From: Escherichia coli
GTDB taxonomy: Bacteria; Pseudomonadota; Gammaproteobacteria; Enterobacterales; Enterobacteriaceae
Reading direction: 5' to 3' (one strand)
DNA length: 64,000 nucleotides
NCBI RefSeq assembly: GCF_017348835.2
Contig: NZ_CP071375.1
The position numbers and the translations under genes were made by a program. Shown one piece after another: positions 36,313-47,732 of this stretch. The notes beneath the pieces are model-generated. The model did not search any database. It saw nothing but the letters and a program-made list of their open reading frames with translations, and had not been told where the DNA came from. Each line of letters opens with the position of its first letter. The stretch's first letter is position 1.

Positions 36313-37668
36313 TTATTGCTGACGTTGCACCCACTCTTTTAGCGCCTGACGTGAAATTTTAATACCGCCGTTTTTCAGTTCAGGCGGCAACGTTAACCAA
36401 CGCACCGGTTGCTGAAAACGGGCCAGCTTATCTTTCACCCATTCACTAAGATCAACGCTCTCGTGGTCATACTCCATCACCGCCACCGGTCGATGACCAA
36501 ACTCCTTGTCGGCAACGGGGACGATAAACACCTGCAAAACCGCAGGATGTGCAGCAATTACGCGCTCGACTTCTTCCGGCTGAATACCCTCTCCGCCACT
36601 GAAGAATAGATTGTCTAAACGTCCGACAATGGTCAGCTTGCCATTATGCATCTCACCGCGATCGCGCGTAGCGTACCAGCCTTCGTCATTAACCAGTGAA
36701 ACCAGTTGCCCGTTACGCCAGTAACCTTCTGCCATACTGGCAGCCCGCAGCCACACTTCATTATTAACGATTTTCACTTCCCGACCCGGCAGCGGCGAAC
36801 CAACGTCTGCCAGGCCGTCGGCTTCTTTCGCACACACCGTGGAGGCAAACTCGGTCAGACCATAGCCGCAAAAGCAACGAATCCCCTGCTCGCGCGCCTG
36901 TTCCGTCAACTCGACCGGGATAGCCGCGCCGCCAAGTAACACCGCTTTCAGGGAAACGGAACTGCGGTTAACCAGCAAACGCCAGAGTTGTGTTGGCACC
37001 AGTGAAGCGTGAGTACAGCCTGCCAGCATTTGCTCCAATGGCTGTTTATCACGTACCGTCATCCGCGCACCAGCGTATAACCAGCGCCACATAATTCCCT
37101 GACCGGAGACGTGAAACAGCGGTAAAGAGAGCAACCAATCATCGTGATCGCCAAACGGAATCAGCGATAACACCCCTTCGGCGCTGGCAAGATGAGCCTG
37201 GTAATTATGAACAGCGGCTTTCGGCAAGCCAGTGGACCCAGAGGTTAACGTCATTGAGCACAGACGCGTCGGCTGCCACGCAGCGGCATGTGCGCCTTCA
37301 ACCCGCTGAATGTGCAGCGACGCTAACGCCGGAAACGTGTTTTCCCCTTCCGGCACCAGCGCAAATTGCAGCGTAAGATTGGGCAGCAATTCTTCAAGCA
37401 ACGGTTGCGGCAGCTGAGGGTTCACGGACAACACCCGCGCCCCGCATTGCAGTAACGCCAGCCAGGCGAGCAGCGTTTGCGGCGTATTCCACGCCCGCAA
37501 CATCACGCCGCTGCCCTCAACTACGCCCTGCGCCGCAAAGCCGGAGGCTAATTCATCGACGCGAGCACAAAGCTCGCGCCAGTTGAGTTGCTCGTCATTA
37601 AGACGTAAGGCGATGGCTTCTCCCCGCACTTGCCGCCAGTGACGCCACGGCCAGTCAGAGAAGATCAT
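36313..37668 (-). CDS. menE: O-succinylbenzoate-CoA ligase
   Basis: The 451-aa ORF begins [44 protein letters not shown]. The AMP-binding motif is [10 protein letters not shown]. Confidence 0.97.
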   Translation of the reverse strand: MIFSDWPWRHWRQVRGEAIALRLNDEQLNWRELCARVDELASGFAAQGVVEGSGVMLRAWNTPQTLLAWLALLQCGARVLSVNPQLPQPLLEELLPNLTLQFALVPEGENTFPALASLHIQRVEGAHAAAWQPTRLCSMTLTSGSTGLPKAAVHNYQAHLASAEGVLSLIPFGDHDDWLLSLPLFHVSGQGIMWRWLYAGARMTVRDKQPLEQMLAGCTHASLVPTQLWRLLVNRSSVSLKAVLLGGAAIPVELTEQAREQGIRCFCGYGLTEFASTVCAKEADGLADVGSPLPGREVKIVNNEVWLRAASMAEGYWRNGQLVSLVNDEGWYATRDRGEMHNGKLTIVGRLDNLFFSGGEGIQPEEVERVIAAHPAVLQVFIVPVADKEFGHRPVAVMEYDHESVDLSEWVKDKLARFQQPVRWLTLPPELKNGGIKISRQALKEWVQRQQ

Positions 37669-38627
37669 AACAACCGCTCCAGTGCATCAACTTCCACGAC
37701 AGGCAGCGTGCTACCCGGCCAGCGACGTACCTGCTGCGCCTGCATTAGATCCAGCGTGTCCAGCCCTGGAATGGTGTCCGGCGTTAACCAGGCGGCAATC
37801 CGCGCCAGTTGCGTTAAGCCTAAGCTCGATTCAATGGAAGAACTGATCACCGCCGTCAGCCCCAGCGCGTGCGCCGCCTGTACCTGCTCGCGTACTTTCT
37901 CCAGACTGCCCGTGAGCGTGGGTTTGATAACTACCGCGCGCACGCCCTCTTCAGCCACAAAGGCAAAATCCGGCTCGCGCAAGCTTTCATCCCAGGCAAT
38001 GGCAATGCCGGTTTCACGGGCAAACGCTCGCGAATCATCGCGGGTTTTGCACGGCTCTTCGAGAAACGCGATGCGGTGGCGATAATCCGGGTTAACATAT
38101 TTGGCAAACTGCTGGCCTTTCAGCGGTGTCCAGGCGCGATTCGCGTCAAGACGCAAATGCAGATCCGGAATTGCCTCCAGCAACAGATTCACCACCATGC
38201 CGTCGCGCACGGCTTCGTACAATCCCACTTTGACCTTCGCCACTTTCTCGCCTGGCATATCAGCAAGTTTGAGGATCAGATCGTCAGGATCGCCATTACA
38301 CAGTGGTGCCGCACGGTAATTGGCCGCCTGCGGGAGCGTATCTGCCAGCTCCGCCAATGCACAGCTTACGCCAAAGGCGACGGAAGGCAGCTGCGGTAAT
38401 TCGCAATCGCCTGCCAGCCAGTTATTTACCCAGGCAAGCAGCACACTTTGCGCCTCTTCCCAGGTTTCCTGACTGAAGCCCGGCAGTGGGGAGATCTCCC
38501 CCCACCCTTCGCGCTCGCCTTCACGCAGGCAAACATACAGCCCGTCGCGGGTTTTTAACCGCCTGTCGCGCAGAACCACCCCCGCGTCCATGGGGATCTG
38601 CCAGCGGTATACCTGCGCGCTACGCAT
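37665..38627 (-). CDS. menC: O-succinylbenzoate synthase
   Basis: The 320-aa enolase-superfamily ORF begins [52 protein letters not shown]. Confidence 0.97.
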   Translation of the reverse strand: MRSAQVYRWQIPMDAGVVLRDRRLKTRDGLYVCLREGEREGWGEISPLPGFSQETWEEAQSVLLAWVNNWLAGDCELPQLPSVAFGVSCALAELADTLPQAANYRAAPLCNGDPDDLILKLADMPGEKVAKVKVGLYEAVRDGMVVNLLLEAIPDLHLRLDANRAWTPLKGQQFAKYVNPDYRHRIAFLEEPCKTRDDSRAFARETGIAIAWDESLREPDFAFVAEEGVRAVVIKPTLTGSLEKVREQVQAAHALGLTAVISSSIESSLGLTQLARIAAWLTPDTIPGLDTLDLMQAQQVRRWPGSTLPVVEVDALERLL

Positions 38628-39484
38628 TACGGATTCCGTTTAAATTTGCTGAAATCAGGCTGACGTTTCTGGTTGAAGGCGTTGCGACCTTCCTGACCTT
38701 CTTCCGTCATGTAGAACAGCATGGTGGCGTTGCCCGCCAGCTCCTGCAGACCTGCCTGACCGTCACAGTCGGCGTTCAGTGCAGCTTTCAGGCAGCGCAG
38801 CGCCATCGGGCTGTTTTGCAGCATTTCGCGGCACCAACGGACGGTTTCTTTTTCCAGATCCGCCAGCGGTACCACGGTGTTCACAAGGCCCATATCCAGC
38901 GCCTGTTTTGCGTCGTACTGACGGCACAGGAACCAGATTTCACGCGCTTTTTTCTGCCCGACGATACGAGCCATGTAGGAAGCGCCCCAGCCGCCGTCGA
39001 AGGAACCGACTTTCGGGCCAGTCTGACCGAAGATGGCATTATCTGCCGCGATAGTCAGGTCGCACATCATGTGCAGAACGTGACCACCGCCGATGGAGTA
39101 GCCAGCCACCATCGCGACAACCGGTTTCGGACAGGTACGGATCTGACGCTGGAAGTCCAGCACGTTCAGGTGATGTACGCCGGAATCATCTTTATAGCCG
39201 CCGTAATCACCACGCACTTTCTGGTCACCACCGGAGCAGAACGCTTTATCGCCTGCGCCAGTCAGAATGATCACGCCGATATTGTCGTCATAACGCGCAT
39301 CTGCCAGTGCCTGGATCATCTCTTTTACCGTCAGAGGACGGAAGGCATTGCGCACCTGCGGACGATTAATGGTGATTTTTGCGATACCGTCGGTGGATTT
39401 TTCATAACGAATGTCCTCGAAACCTTCGGAGCAGTCGTGCCATTCAACCGGTGCGTAAAGCATTGCTTCATCAGGATAAATCAT
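38627..39484 (-). CDS. menB: 1,4-dihydroxy-2-naphthoyl-CoA synthase
   Basis: The 285-aa crotonase-fold ORF begins [48 protein letters not shown]. Confidence 0.98.
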
Positions 39485-39498
39485 ATTGTGTCCTTTAG

Positions 39499-40257
39499 TC
39501 AGAAACGCAAGATCTGCGCCAGACTTGCGATAACGCCAGCGGGATTTTCCCGATGCGCGTTATGTCCGGCGCGAGGAATGACATGGCAGTCGGCAGCCAG
39601 TTCCGCCGCCAGAGCGCGGAATTTGCTGTCACGTTCACCACATAAATAATAAAACGCAAATGTGCGGGCGCTAAGGTTAGCACGTAAATCAGGCTGGACG
39701 GCGAGAGAAGTCGCCTCCAGCATGGCGGCAAGGGTTGCGCCATTATTGTTGCTGCGCAGCGCCACCAGCTCCCGGCGTTGATCGTCATTGAGCGAGGCAA
39801 AAACAGACTGTTGATACCAGTCGGCAAATACCGCCGTTAACGGTTCTGTGCGAAAACGCTGCGCCCATTGGCGATCGGAACGCTGACGTTCCGCACGTTG
39901 TTCAGCATTTTGCAGCCCCGGATGCCCGCCTTCGACAATAACCCCACAAAGCCCCGCCAGCCCCTGGCAAGCGGCCATCATCGCCACCCGTCCGCCAAGC
40001 GAGTACCCCACCAGCCAGAAGTTAAGGATGTTGTAACTAACCAGGGTTTTACGCAGTAAGTCGGTGACATCATCAAATCCATCGACGCTAATCGCCGCCG
40101 AACCACCGTGCCCGGGAAGATCAACATACAACCGTGAGTAGTCGGCAAACGCCTCGCCCACTTCTTGCCATTCGTGGCAATCGCCGGAAAAACCGTGCAA
40201 AAACACCAGCCAGGGTAAACCTGGTTTGCCGTGTTTTGCCTGCGCGTGCAGGATCAT
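39499..40257 (-). CDS. menH: SHCHC synthase (alpha/beta hydrolase)
   Basis: The 252-aa ORF begins [37 protein letters not shown]. The nucleophile elbow is GYSLGG. Confidence 0.96.
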
Positions 40258-41924
40258 AAATGGCTTACCTGCGCCAGAAGTTGCTGGAGCGTTTGCGCAC
40301 CATCGGTGTCGTTAACCACCATTTCAATTACCGTGGTGGTTGGCGTGCGCCAGGCATCGGCAAGTGCCGTTTCAAGTTCCTGCCAGTTTTGCGGACGATG
40401 ATATTTCAGCTCGAACATCGCGGCGGCGTGCTCAAAATGAACGTTTTGCGGCATCAGATAGAAACGTTCGCGCTCGCTTTGCGGCGTTGGCAACAGCGAA
40501 AAAATTTGCCCGCCGTTGTTATTCACCACAATTAATACCAGCGGCGCGGAAACCTGACGCAATAACGCCAGCGCGTTGAGATCGTAAAGTGCGGAGAGAT
40601 CGCCCACAATCGCCAGCGTCGGTTTGCCACTGGCACGCTGAACGCCGGCGGCAGTAGAAAGCAGTCCGTCGATACCGCTGGCCCCACGGTTGCTGTACAC
40701 CGGGTAACCTGCTGGAAGTTGCGAAAGCGCATCAATCAGACGTACCACCAGGCTGTTACCAACAAACAATTGCCCCTGTTCAGGCAGATAGTCGCTGATG
40801 CGATGCGCCAGTTGCGCTTCGCCAAACGCATCGCGACGGGCAATAACCGCCTGCATTGCCTGTTCTGCCAGGCGCGGGATTTCAACGCACCAGGGCTGGC
40901 GTTTTTCTGCCGGATGCAGCTCCAGCCAGTCGGCAATATTGGCAATTAAGCGGCGTCCACGATGGTGTGCCGGATCAAGTCGCCCTTCGATGTCATCCAC
41001 AATCCAGTACTCTTCGGGTTCACAGCTTGCCTGCCATTGCAGGAGCCGTTTGCCCGTCAGGCTGCTGCCCAGTTGCACCACAATCTGTGCCTGTTGCAGT
41101 TCGCTGGTCGCTTTGGCATTGCCTAACCAAAGATCGGCACACGGCAGCGGCTGTCCGGTTTGCGACAGCACGTCGCCAATCAGCGGCCAGCCAAGAGTTT
41201 GCGCCCACAGTGCAACTTTTTTGCCCTCTTCCGCACTCATGCGCCCGGCAACCACCACGCCGCGTTTTTGCCGCCAGAAGAACCAGTCGCGCTGTTTTTC
41301 ACTTTCCAGACGAGGCGCTTCACGCAGCCACGGCTTATCATCCTGCCACCAGTCACCCAGACGCTGTTGCCAGCTAAGCCCAGTGTCGTCCATCTCGCCA
41401 TACAGCGGTTCAGCAAACGGGCAGTTGATATGGACTCCGCCCGCATGAAGCGTACCGAGAGCATGGTCGATGGTAGAAACCAGCCAACTTGCGGGGATAT
41501 CCTGGGTCGGGCGCGGCAATGAAATACTGTGCGTGGGGTGAGAGGCGAACATTCCCGGCTGACGAATCGCCTGATTCGCGCCGCAGTCAATTAGCTCCGG
41601 CGGGCGATCGGCGGTTAACAGGATCAGTTTTTCTCCGGTTAACCCAGCTTCAATCAGTGCAGGATAGAGATTTGCTACCGCCGTGCCGGAGGTCACAATC
41701 ACCGCCACCGGCTGCTTGCTGACTTTCGCCAGCCCCAGCGCCAGATGCCCCAGTCCACGCTCATCGAAATGGGTGTGGTGAATGAATGCGGAATTCTCCG
41801 CCGCCGCTAACGTTAACGGTGTAGAACGCGAGCCTGGGGCGATACAGATGTGTCTGACGCCGTGACGCGTTAATGCTTCCAGAATGACCGCCGCCCAGCG
41901 TCGGTTAAATGCGCTTACTGACAT
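40254..41924 (-). CDS. menD: SEPHCHC synthase (ThDP-dependent)
   Basis: [44 protein letters not shown] starts at the ATG at 41922-41924 (complement) and gives 556 aa. The 117-codon upstream extension in the track ORF overlaps menF and is rejected. Confidence 0.96.
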   Translation of the reverse strand: MSVSAFNRRWAAVILEALTRHGVRHICIAPGSRSTPLTLAAAENSAFIHHTHFDERGLGHLALGLAKVSKQPVAVIVTSGTAVANLYPALIEAGLTGEKLILLTADRPPELIDCGANQAIRQPGMFASHPTHSISLPRPTQDIPASWLVSTIDHALGTLHAGGVHINCPFAEPLYGEMDDTGLSWQQRLGDWWQDDKPWLREAPRLESEKQRDWFFWRQKRGVVVAGRMSAEEGKKVALWAQTLGWPLIGDVLSQTGQPLPCADLWLGNAKATSELQQAQIVVQLGSSLTGKRLLQWQASCEPEEYWIVDDIEGRLDPAHHRGRRLIANIADWLELHPAEKRQPWCVEIPRLAEQAMQAVIARRDAFGEAQLAHRISDYLPEQGQLFVGNSLVVRLIDALSQLPAGYPVYSNRGASGIDGLLSTAAGVQRASGKPTLAIVGDLSALYDLNALALLRQVSAPLVLIVVNNNGGQIFSLLPTPQSERERFYLMPQNVHFEHAAAMFELKYHRPQNWQELETALADAWRTPTTTVIEMVVNDTDGAQTLQQLLAQVSHL

Positions 41925-42012
41925 GAGTTTGTCCGGTATCAATATTGCGGCTAAGTATAAGGAGCTACAAAAATAGATTATTGATATGAATCGGTAATGA
42001 TGCGACTCATTA

Positions 42013-43308
42013 CTATTCCATCTGTAATAAAGTACGCAGCCCTGCCGCTTTGTTGTCGATTTCCTGCCACTCTTGCTCGGGGTCGGAACCACGGACAATG
42101 CCCGCGCCAGCATATAATCGCACGACATTGCCGCTAATTTTTGCTGAGCGCAGGGAAACGCAGAATTCGCTTTGTTGTAATGAGAGATAGCCCGCAGAAC
42201 CGGCGTACCATTCTCGGGTGAACGGTTCGTGACGGGCGATAAACTGTCGCGCCAGATCGCGCGGTAAGCCAGCAACTGCTGCCGTTGGCTGCAACTGATG
42301 TAAACAGATCACATCATCCGCTTTGTTGAGTGAAGTCCAGATACAGCGGCGAAGATGCTGCACTTTACGCAGACGCAGTACCTGCGGCGGTAAAACATCC
42401 AGCGTCTGGGTATCGGCCTGTAATCGTTGGCAGATATCTTCCACCACCAGCATGTTCTCGCGCTGGTTTTTATCATCCGCCATCAGCCACTCTCCTAACT
42501 GCTGCGCCTGCTTATCATCAGGATGATTTGCTACTGTTCCCGCCAGCGCTTCAGTACGCAGCGCTTTGTCACGCCGCCGCCATAACCGTTCCGGTGAAGA
42601 GCCAAGAAAAGCATTTTCGCCATCAAAGGCCATGTAAAAATGGTAGCAATTGAGATTCAGTCGACGACTGGCAGCCATCATCGCCGCCGCATTGACCGGA
42701 CTTGCGAAATGCAGGTCAGTTGCCCGAGCAAGCACCACTTTGTCGAGCTCCCCTTCGGCGATGGTTTTCGTTGCCAGTTCGATTAATTGCGTCCAGCCCG
42801 TTTTGTCCGGCCAGTGTTGTTCTCGCGTAGTGGTTAAATGTAACCCAGGCAAGGGCTTGATACTCACCAGTGTGGCGATAAATTCTCTTGCCTTAATCGC
42901 ATCGTGCTGAAGGGAGCTTTCGCTGAATAGCGTCAGCCGCAGCGTGGCTTTACCGCCACAGCGTCGCCATTCCAGGCGTGGTAAAAGTAAATTGCCCTGC
43001 GACGGGTCGAACGCATTCAGCCCCCAAATGCGTAAGTCGGCGTGTTCCGGGTGCTGGCGAAGAAAACGTTGTGCCTGGTCCAACGACGTAAAACGGGTAA
43101 TCGCGCCCAGGACGGCAGCTTCTTCATCACCATTACGTTGTTGCCAGTAGAATTGCGGGTACGTTTGCTGACTGGCCAGCCAGCTCAAGGCATCAAAAGC
43201 GTCTTTGAGAGGGAAAGGAATATCGATAACCCGAATGCCGGGTGTCACCGGAATCTCTTGCGACAAATGGCGCAGTAGATTTTCCAGCGCCGTAGTAAGT
43301 GATTGCAC
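42013..43308 (-). CDS. menF: Isochorismate synthase (menaquinone-specific)
   Basis: The 431-aa ORF begins [60 protein letters not shown]. Confidence 0.96.
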   Translation of the reverse strand: MQSLTTALENLLRHLSQEIPVTPGIRVIDIPFPLKDAFDALSWLASQQTYPQFYWQQRNGDEEAAVLGAITRFTSLDQAQRFLRQHPEHADLRIWGLNAFDPSQGNLLLPRLEWRRCGGKATLRLTLFSESSLQHDAIKAREFIATLVSIKPLPGLHLTTTREQHWPDKTGWTQLIELATKTIAEGELDKVVLARATDLHFASPVNAAAMMAASRRLNLNCYHFYMAFDGENAFLGSSPERLWRRRDKALRTEALAGTVANHPDDKQAQQLGEWLMADDKNQRENMLVVEDICQRLQADTQTLDVLPPQVLRLRKVQHLRRCIWTSLNKADDVICLHQLQPTAAVAGLPRDLARQFIARHEPFTREWYAGSAGYLSLQQSEFCVSLRSAKISGNVVRLYAGAGIVRGSDPEQEWQEIDNKAAGLRTLLQME

Positions 43309-43386
43309 GCGGACCTCTCCCTGTTAAAAGCCTCACATTATACGGGGTACTACAAAAAAAATGCAGTACCCCGGTGTAGGGAGGTT

Positions 43387-43692
43387 TTAACGGCGTGCCA
43401 GCAACAGTCCTAGTACCAGCCCAACGGCCGCACCCACACCAATTCCCTGCCAGGGTTTTTCGTGGACGTAGTCATCAGCACGATAAACAGCCTGCTTCGC
43501 CCGATAGTAATAACTGTCTGAAGCCTGGCTAACCCGTTTTTTCACATCATCCAGCGCTTTTTCTGCACGCGCTTTCAGCTCAACATATTTCTGATCGGCG
43601 GGATCGCCAGAGGAGCGGAGCACCTCTTCCAGTGTTTCACTAAGCAGCGTCAGGTCGTCATCGATACGTGTATCACCAAACTGGTTAGACAT
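43387..43692 (-). CDS. elaB: Tail-anchored inner-membrane stress protein ElaB (DUF883)
   Basis: The 101-aa ORF begins MSNQFGDTRIDDDLTLLSETLEEVLRSSGDPADQKYVELKARAEKAL. Its C-terminal TM segment is GIGVGAAVGLVLGLLLARR. Confidence 0.95.
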   Translation of the reverse strand: MSNQFGDTRIDDDLTLLSETLEEVLRSSGDPADQKYVELKARAEKALDDVKKRVSQASDSYYYRAKQAVYRADDYVHEKPWQGIGVGAAVGLVLGLLLARR

Positions 43693-43746
43693 TCTCGTTC
43701 TCCATTTGCGTAAAACCTGTCACTAACTATAGACAAGGGTTATTGA

Positions 43747-44208
43747 TTACGCCTGAATTACCTCGCGTGCCATCCCAATGTGTGGGATACCATCTTCTTC
43801 ATAGATCTCCGTCACAGGGATAAAACCGAAACTCTGGTAGAAGTTTTGCAGATGCGCCTGCGCCCCAAGGTAAACAGGCTTATCAGGCCAGTGATGCGTG
43901 CATGTGTCGAGGGTTTTACTCATCAGTTGCTGCCCCACTTTTTCGCCACGCAACGCTTCACTGACAATCACCCGACCTATAACGACCGGCTCAAGATCAT
44001 CATCACTTTTCAGAATCCTCGCATATGCCACCAGTTCATCATTTTTCCAACCGAGAATATGGCGATTATCCCCCGTCAAATCATCACCATCGATATCCTG
44101 ATAAGGGCAATTCTGCTCGACAACAAACACCGCGCAACGCAGTTGTAATAAGGCATAAAGCTGGGAAACCGATAATTCAGAGTGATGCAGATCTTGCCAT
44201 TCAATCAT
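43747..44208 (-). CDS. elaA: GNAT-family N-acetyltransferase ElaA
   Basis: The 153-aa ORF begins MIEWQDLHHSELSVSQLYALLQLRCAVFVVEQNCPYQDIDGDDL. The acetyl-CoA motif is RGEKVGQQLM. Confidence 0.95.
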   Translation of the reverse strand: MIEWQDLHHSELSVSQLYALLQLRCAVFVVEQNCPYQDIDGDDLTGDNRHILGWKNDELVAYARILKSDDDLEPVVIGRVIVSEALRGEKVGQQLMSKTLDTCTHHWPDKPVYLGAQAHLQNFYQSFGFIPVTEIYEEDGIPHIGMAREVIQA

Positions 44209-44272
44209 AATGCTCTCCTTTTAGATGTATGCCTTATACTAGCCGGAATATTTTTTGAAACGTGATGAACTC

Positions 44273-45190
44273 ATGGAATTAATTTTTTTAGGTACTTCAG
44301 CCGGTGTGCCAACCCGTACGCGCAATGTCACGGCAATATTGCTTAACCTGCAACATCCGACCCAGAGCGGTCTTTGGTTGTTTGACTGCGGTGAAGGCAC
44401 CCAGCATCAGCTACTGCATACCGCCTTTAACCCTGGAAAACTGGACAAGATTTTTATTAGTCACCTTCATGGCGATCATCTCTTTGGTTTACCCGGCTTG
44501 CTGTGCAGTCGTTCTATGTCTGGTATTGTCCAACCCTTAACGATTTATGGTCCGCAAGGTATCCGTGAATTTGTGGAGACCGCGCTGCGGATTAGCGGCT
44601 CATGGACCGATTATCCGCTGGAAATTGTCGAAATTGGCGCTGGCGAAATTCTCGATGATGGCCTGCGCAAAGTGACCGCTTATCCAATGGAACACCCACT
44701 GGAATGTTATGGCTATCGTATTGAAGAACATGATAAACCGGGTGCATTAAATGCCCAGGCATTAAAAGCTGCTGGCGTACCGCCTGGCCCACTGTTTCAG
44801 GAATTAAAAGCGGGCAAAACAATCATGCTGGAAGATGGAAGGCAGATTAACGGCGCAGATTACTTAGCTGCTCCAGTGCCAGGTAAAGCGCTCGCTATTT
44901 TCGGCGATACCGGCCCCTGCGATGCCGCACTTGACCTGGCTAAAGGTGTCGATGTCATGGTACACGAAGCGACGCTGGATATAACCATGGAAGCCAAAGC
45001 CAATAGTCGCGGTCATAGCTCTACACGCCAGGCTGCGACACTGGCCCGTGAGGCTGGAGTCGGTAAGCTAATCATTACCCACGTCAGCTCGCGCTATGAT
45101 GACAAAGGTTGTCAGCACCTGTTACGTGAATGCAGGTCAATTTTCCCGGCGACTGAACTAGCGAATGATTTCACCGTGTTTAACGTTTAA
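44273..45190 (+). CDS. rbn: RNase BN (RNase Z homologue, metallo-beta-lactamase fold)
   Basis: [46 protein letters not shown], with the HLHGDH motif. It starts at ATG 44273 and gives 305 aa. Confidence 0.95.
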   Translation: MELIFLGTSAGVPTRTRNVTAILLNLQHPTQSGLWLFDCGEGTQHQLLHTAFNPGKLDKIFISHLHGDHLFGLPGLLCSRSMSGIVQPLTIYGPQGIREFVETALRISGSWTDYPLEIVEIGAGEILDDGLRKVTAYPMEHPLECYGYRIEEHDKPGALNAQALKAAGVPPGPLFQELKAGKTIMLEDGRQINGADYLAAPVPGKALAIFGDTGPCDAALDLAKGVDVMVHEATLDITMEAKANSRGHSSTRQAATLAREAGVGKLIITHVSSRYDDKGCQHLLRECRSIFPATELANDFTVFNV

Positions 45191-45206
45191 CTCTGCTTAT
45201 TATTAA

Positions 45207-45229
45207 AAACAGGGCGAAACTTGCCCTGT
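45207..45229 (+). terminator. Hairpin downstream of rbn
   Basis: AACAGGGC-GAAACTT-GCCCTGTT is an 8-bp stem 16 nt after the rbn stop. The T-tract on the plus strand is weak. On the minus strand the hairpin is followed by TTTTT. Confidence 0.45.
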
Positions 45230-45377
45230 TATCGCAACCCGCGCTACATATATCCACCCACACGGGCATATTGAGCGATTTTTGATATTTATTCATCTCC
45301 TTACGCACTATATTCAGAGCAATAAGTTGCCTCTTTTTATCTTCATTCAGCACAACCTTTGCAACTAAAAGGAGCAT

Positions 45378-46598
45378 ATGATGGTTACAGTTGTCAGCAA
45401 TTATTGTCAATTATCTCAAACCCAACTCAGTCAGACATTTGCAGAAAAATTTACTGTGACCGAGGAATTACTGCAGTCTTTAAAAAAAACAGCGTTATCC
45501 GGAGATGAAGAAAGTATTGAGTTACTGCATAATATTGCGTTAGGTTATGATGAATTTGGAAAAAAAGCTGAAGATATTCTTTACCATATTGTTAGAAACC
45601 CAACAAATGAGACCCTATCGATTATCCGACTTATTAAAAATGCCTGTTTAAAATTATATAATTTGGCACATACCGCAACCAACTCCCACCTTAAACCAAC
45701 TGGTCCGGATAATTCAGATGATCTCCTGTTCAAAAAGCTATTCTCCCCTTCGAAATTAATGACAATTATCGGTGATGAAATTCCTCTTATATCTGAAAAA
45801 CAGTCGCTTTCGAAGGTGCTTTTAAATGATGAGAATAATGAACTGAGCGATGGTACAAACTTCTGGGATAAAAATCGTCAATTAACCACAGATGAAATAG
45901 ATTGCTATCTTCAGAAGATCGCCGCTAATGCAAAAAATACTGAAGTCAATTATCCTACTGGTCTCTACGTCCCCTACTCCACCAGAACTCACCTGGAAGA
46001 CGCTCTCAATGAAAATATTAAGAGCGATCCATCATGGCCGAATGAAGTCCAGTTATTCCCCATAAATACTGGCGGACACTGGATATTAGTTTCGCTACAG
46101 AAAATAGTAAATGAAAAAAATAATACACAACAAATAAAATGCGTCATATTCAACTCATTGCGCGCACTAGGCCATGATAAAGAAAATTCACTTAAGCGTG
46201 TCATTAATAGTTTTAATTCTGAACTCATGGGAGAAATGTCGAATAATAATATAAAAGTTCATTTAACTGAACCCGAGATAATATTTTTACATGCCGTTCT
46301 TCAGCAATACTTAAGCCAAAGTTGCGATGCATTTGTGTGCATGGCAGCCCAGGAAGTGATTGAACAAAGGGAAAGTAATTCTGACAGCGCCCCCTATACG
46401 TTATTAAAAAACTATGCTGACAGATTTAAAAAATATTCAGCAGAAGAGCAGTACGAAATTGATTTTCAACATCGACTGGTAAACAGAAATTGTTATTTAG
46501 ATAAATATGGCGATGCAAATATCAATGATTATTATAGAGACTTAGAAATAAAACACTCACAACCCCAAAATAGAGCATCAGGCAAAAGAGTAAGTTAA
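45378..46598 (+). CDS. elaD: CE-clan cysteine protease / deubiquitinase-like ElaD
   Basis: The 406-aa ORF begins [45 protein letters not shown]. It has the His motif NTGGHWIL and the QQ...SC motif [14 protein letters not shown] typical of Ulp1/SseL-like proteases. The DNA is AT-rich. AAAAGGAG lies upstream of the ATG. Confidence 0.9.
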   Translation: MMVTVVSNYCQLSQTQLSQTFAEKFTVTEELLQSLKKTALSGDEESIELLHNIALGYDEFGKKAEDILYHIVRNPTNETLSIIRLIKNACLKLYNLAHTATNSHLKPTGPDNSDDLLFKKLFSPSKLMTIIGDEIPLISEKQSLSKVLLNDENNELSDGTNFWDKNRQLTTDEIDCYLQKIAANAKNTEVNYPTGLYVPYSTRTHLEDALNENIKSDPSWPNEVQLFPINTGGHWILVSLQKIVNEKNNTQQIKCVIFNSLRALGHDKENSLKRVINSFNSELMGEMSNNNIKVHLTEPEIIFLHAVLQQYLSQSCDAFVCMAAQEVIEQRESNSDSAPYTLLKNYADRFKKYSAEEQYEIDFQHRLVNRNCYLDKYGDANINDYYRDLEIKHSQPQNRASGKRVS

Positions 46599-46614
46599 CA
46601 TCATTGTTAATTAA

Positions 46615-46648
46615 TTCGACCAGTCAGCAAATATGCTGACTGGTCGAA
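46615..46648. other. Perfect 15-bp-stem hairpin 17 nt after the elaD stop
   Basis: TTCGACCAGTCAGCA-AATA-TGCTGACTGGTCGAA. There is no U-tract on either side, so it could be an RNA-stabilising or termination structure, or a protein-binding palindrome. Confidence 0.5.
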
Positions 46649-46668
46649 CATAGTTTGCTAAAAAGTCA

Positions 46669-46806
46669 TCACTGACTGATGTCAGTCACACCACCCTGCA
46701 GTTCAATCTTCGGGTATTTCCAGCGTATCTCGGCACGCGATTGCTGGTCTGTTGATGTAGTGGATTGTAGTTGCTGACTTTTCTTACCCTCAGATTTCTG
46801 CCCCAC
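46669..46806 (-). pseudogene. Possible 3' remnant of a deleted gene (yfbK position), 45 codons
   Basis: A patch of normal G+C content inside AT-rich intergenic DNA. The minus-strand frame reads (V)GQKSEGKKSQQLQSTTSTDQQSRAEIRWKYPKIELQGGVTDISQ-stop, with an in-frame TGA just upstream. K-12 has the 575-aa yfbK on this strand between elaD and yfbL. I cannot confirm identity from memory. Confidence 0.3.
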
Positions 46807-46992
46807 TTGTCAATTCAATCTGCCAATAAATAACATAATTATATTTTTATTCCTCACAGAAATTCCTTTTTAAAAATAGCGAACCCACTGTAAAAAACAC
46901 TTTTTGTATATCTCTACCAAGTGTAATAAAATAAACGCTCATAATTCATTATAAATAATAATGAAATAACGCCTTTTATTGATAATTTACAT

Positions 46993-47630
46993 ATGAAAAA
47001 ATTTTCCTTTTGTTATATTATTTCTGTTTTCACTCCCTCTGATTATTTTTACCAACCCTGGGTCACTGCATTATCGCCAACGCCCCGACACGTAATTCCT
47101 GAGCAATTAGAAAAAACAGTTCGTTATCTTACACAAGCTGTGCATCCACGTAATGCCGACAATATTGATAATCTGAATAGGTCCGTAGAGTATATAAAAG
47201 AGGTCTTTGTCAGTAGCGGTGCCAGAGTTACCGCGCAGGGCGTCCCCGATTGGCTATTACGACTCTGCGCCTGGTAGCCAGGATTACCCTTACCCGCAAT
47301 GTCCTGGCTTTATCCCGATCGGGGGGACTTTATTGCCTGGTCGGCAGAATACAGGATATCAACGCCGTTCGTCAGGTAAAAGCGGCATTGTTGTCATCCC
47401 GGGATTTATCTGTTTATTCTATGAATGCCCCAGGGTTTATTCCCGGTATTGATTTCTCTGACCACCTGAATTATTGGCAACACGATATTCCCGCCGTAAT
47501 GATTACTGACACCGCTTTTTATCGTAATAAACAATACCACTTGCCCGGTGATACCGCAGACAGATTGAATTATCAGAAAATGGCTCAGGTGGTGGATGGT
47601 GTTATAAATTTGTTATACAACAGTAAATAA
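46993..47630 (+). pseudogene. yfbL: yfbL (M28-family peptidase) pseudogene: internal deletion plus frameshifts
   Basis: Three overlapping track ORFs in three frames carry consecutive pieces. Frame 1 has MKKFSFCYIISVF...VSSGARVTAQGVP. Frame 2 has IGYYDSAPGSQDYPYP. A further shifted piece reads AMSWLYPDRGDFIA. Frame 3 has VGRIQDINAVRQVKAALL...VDGVINLLYNSK. The total is 638 bp, against about 970 bp expected for the 323-aa protein I recall. The central metal-binding core is missing. Confidence 0.8.
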
Positions 47631-47732
47631 TAAAAATTTCTCGAGGCGGGTCCAGAAAAAGCGACATGCACATTTTATTTTCCCTCGTCTGTTTTAAGAT
47701 GCGAAACATGAAATTCAATGGAGGAAAAATAA

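Noticed and set aside
41925-42275. A 117-codon upstream extension of the menD ORF overlapping the menF 3' end
   Set aside because: The known MenD N-terminus ([10 protein letters not shown]...) begins at 41924. The extension overlaps menF in another frame and is AT-rich spacer translation.
43340-43372. A 9-bp stem hairpin (CGGGGTACT...AGTACCCCG) with an A8-containing 13-nt loop between menF and elaB
   Set aside because: The T/A run is inside the loop instead of after the stem, so it is not a canonical terminator. It is most likely a weak elaB 3' structure. It is not reported as a feature.
45180-45410. A 76-codon minus-strand ORF spanning the rbn-elaD spacer
   Set aside because: It overlaps the rbn terminator hairpin and the elaD ribosome-binding region, and has no start context.
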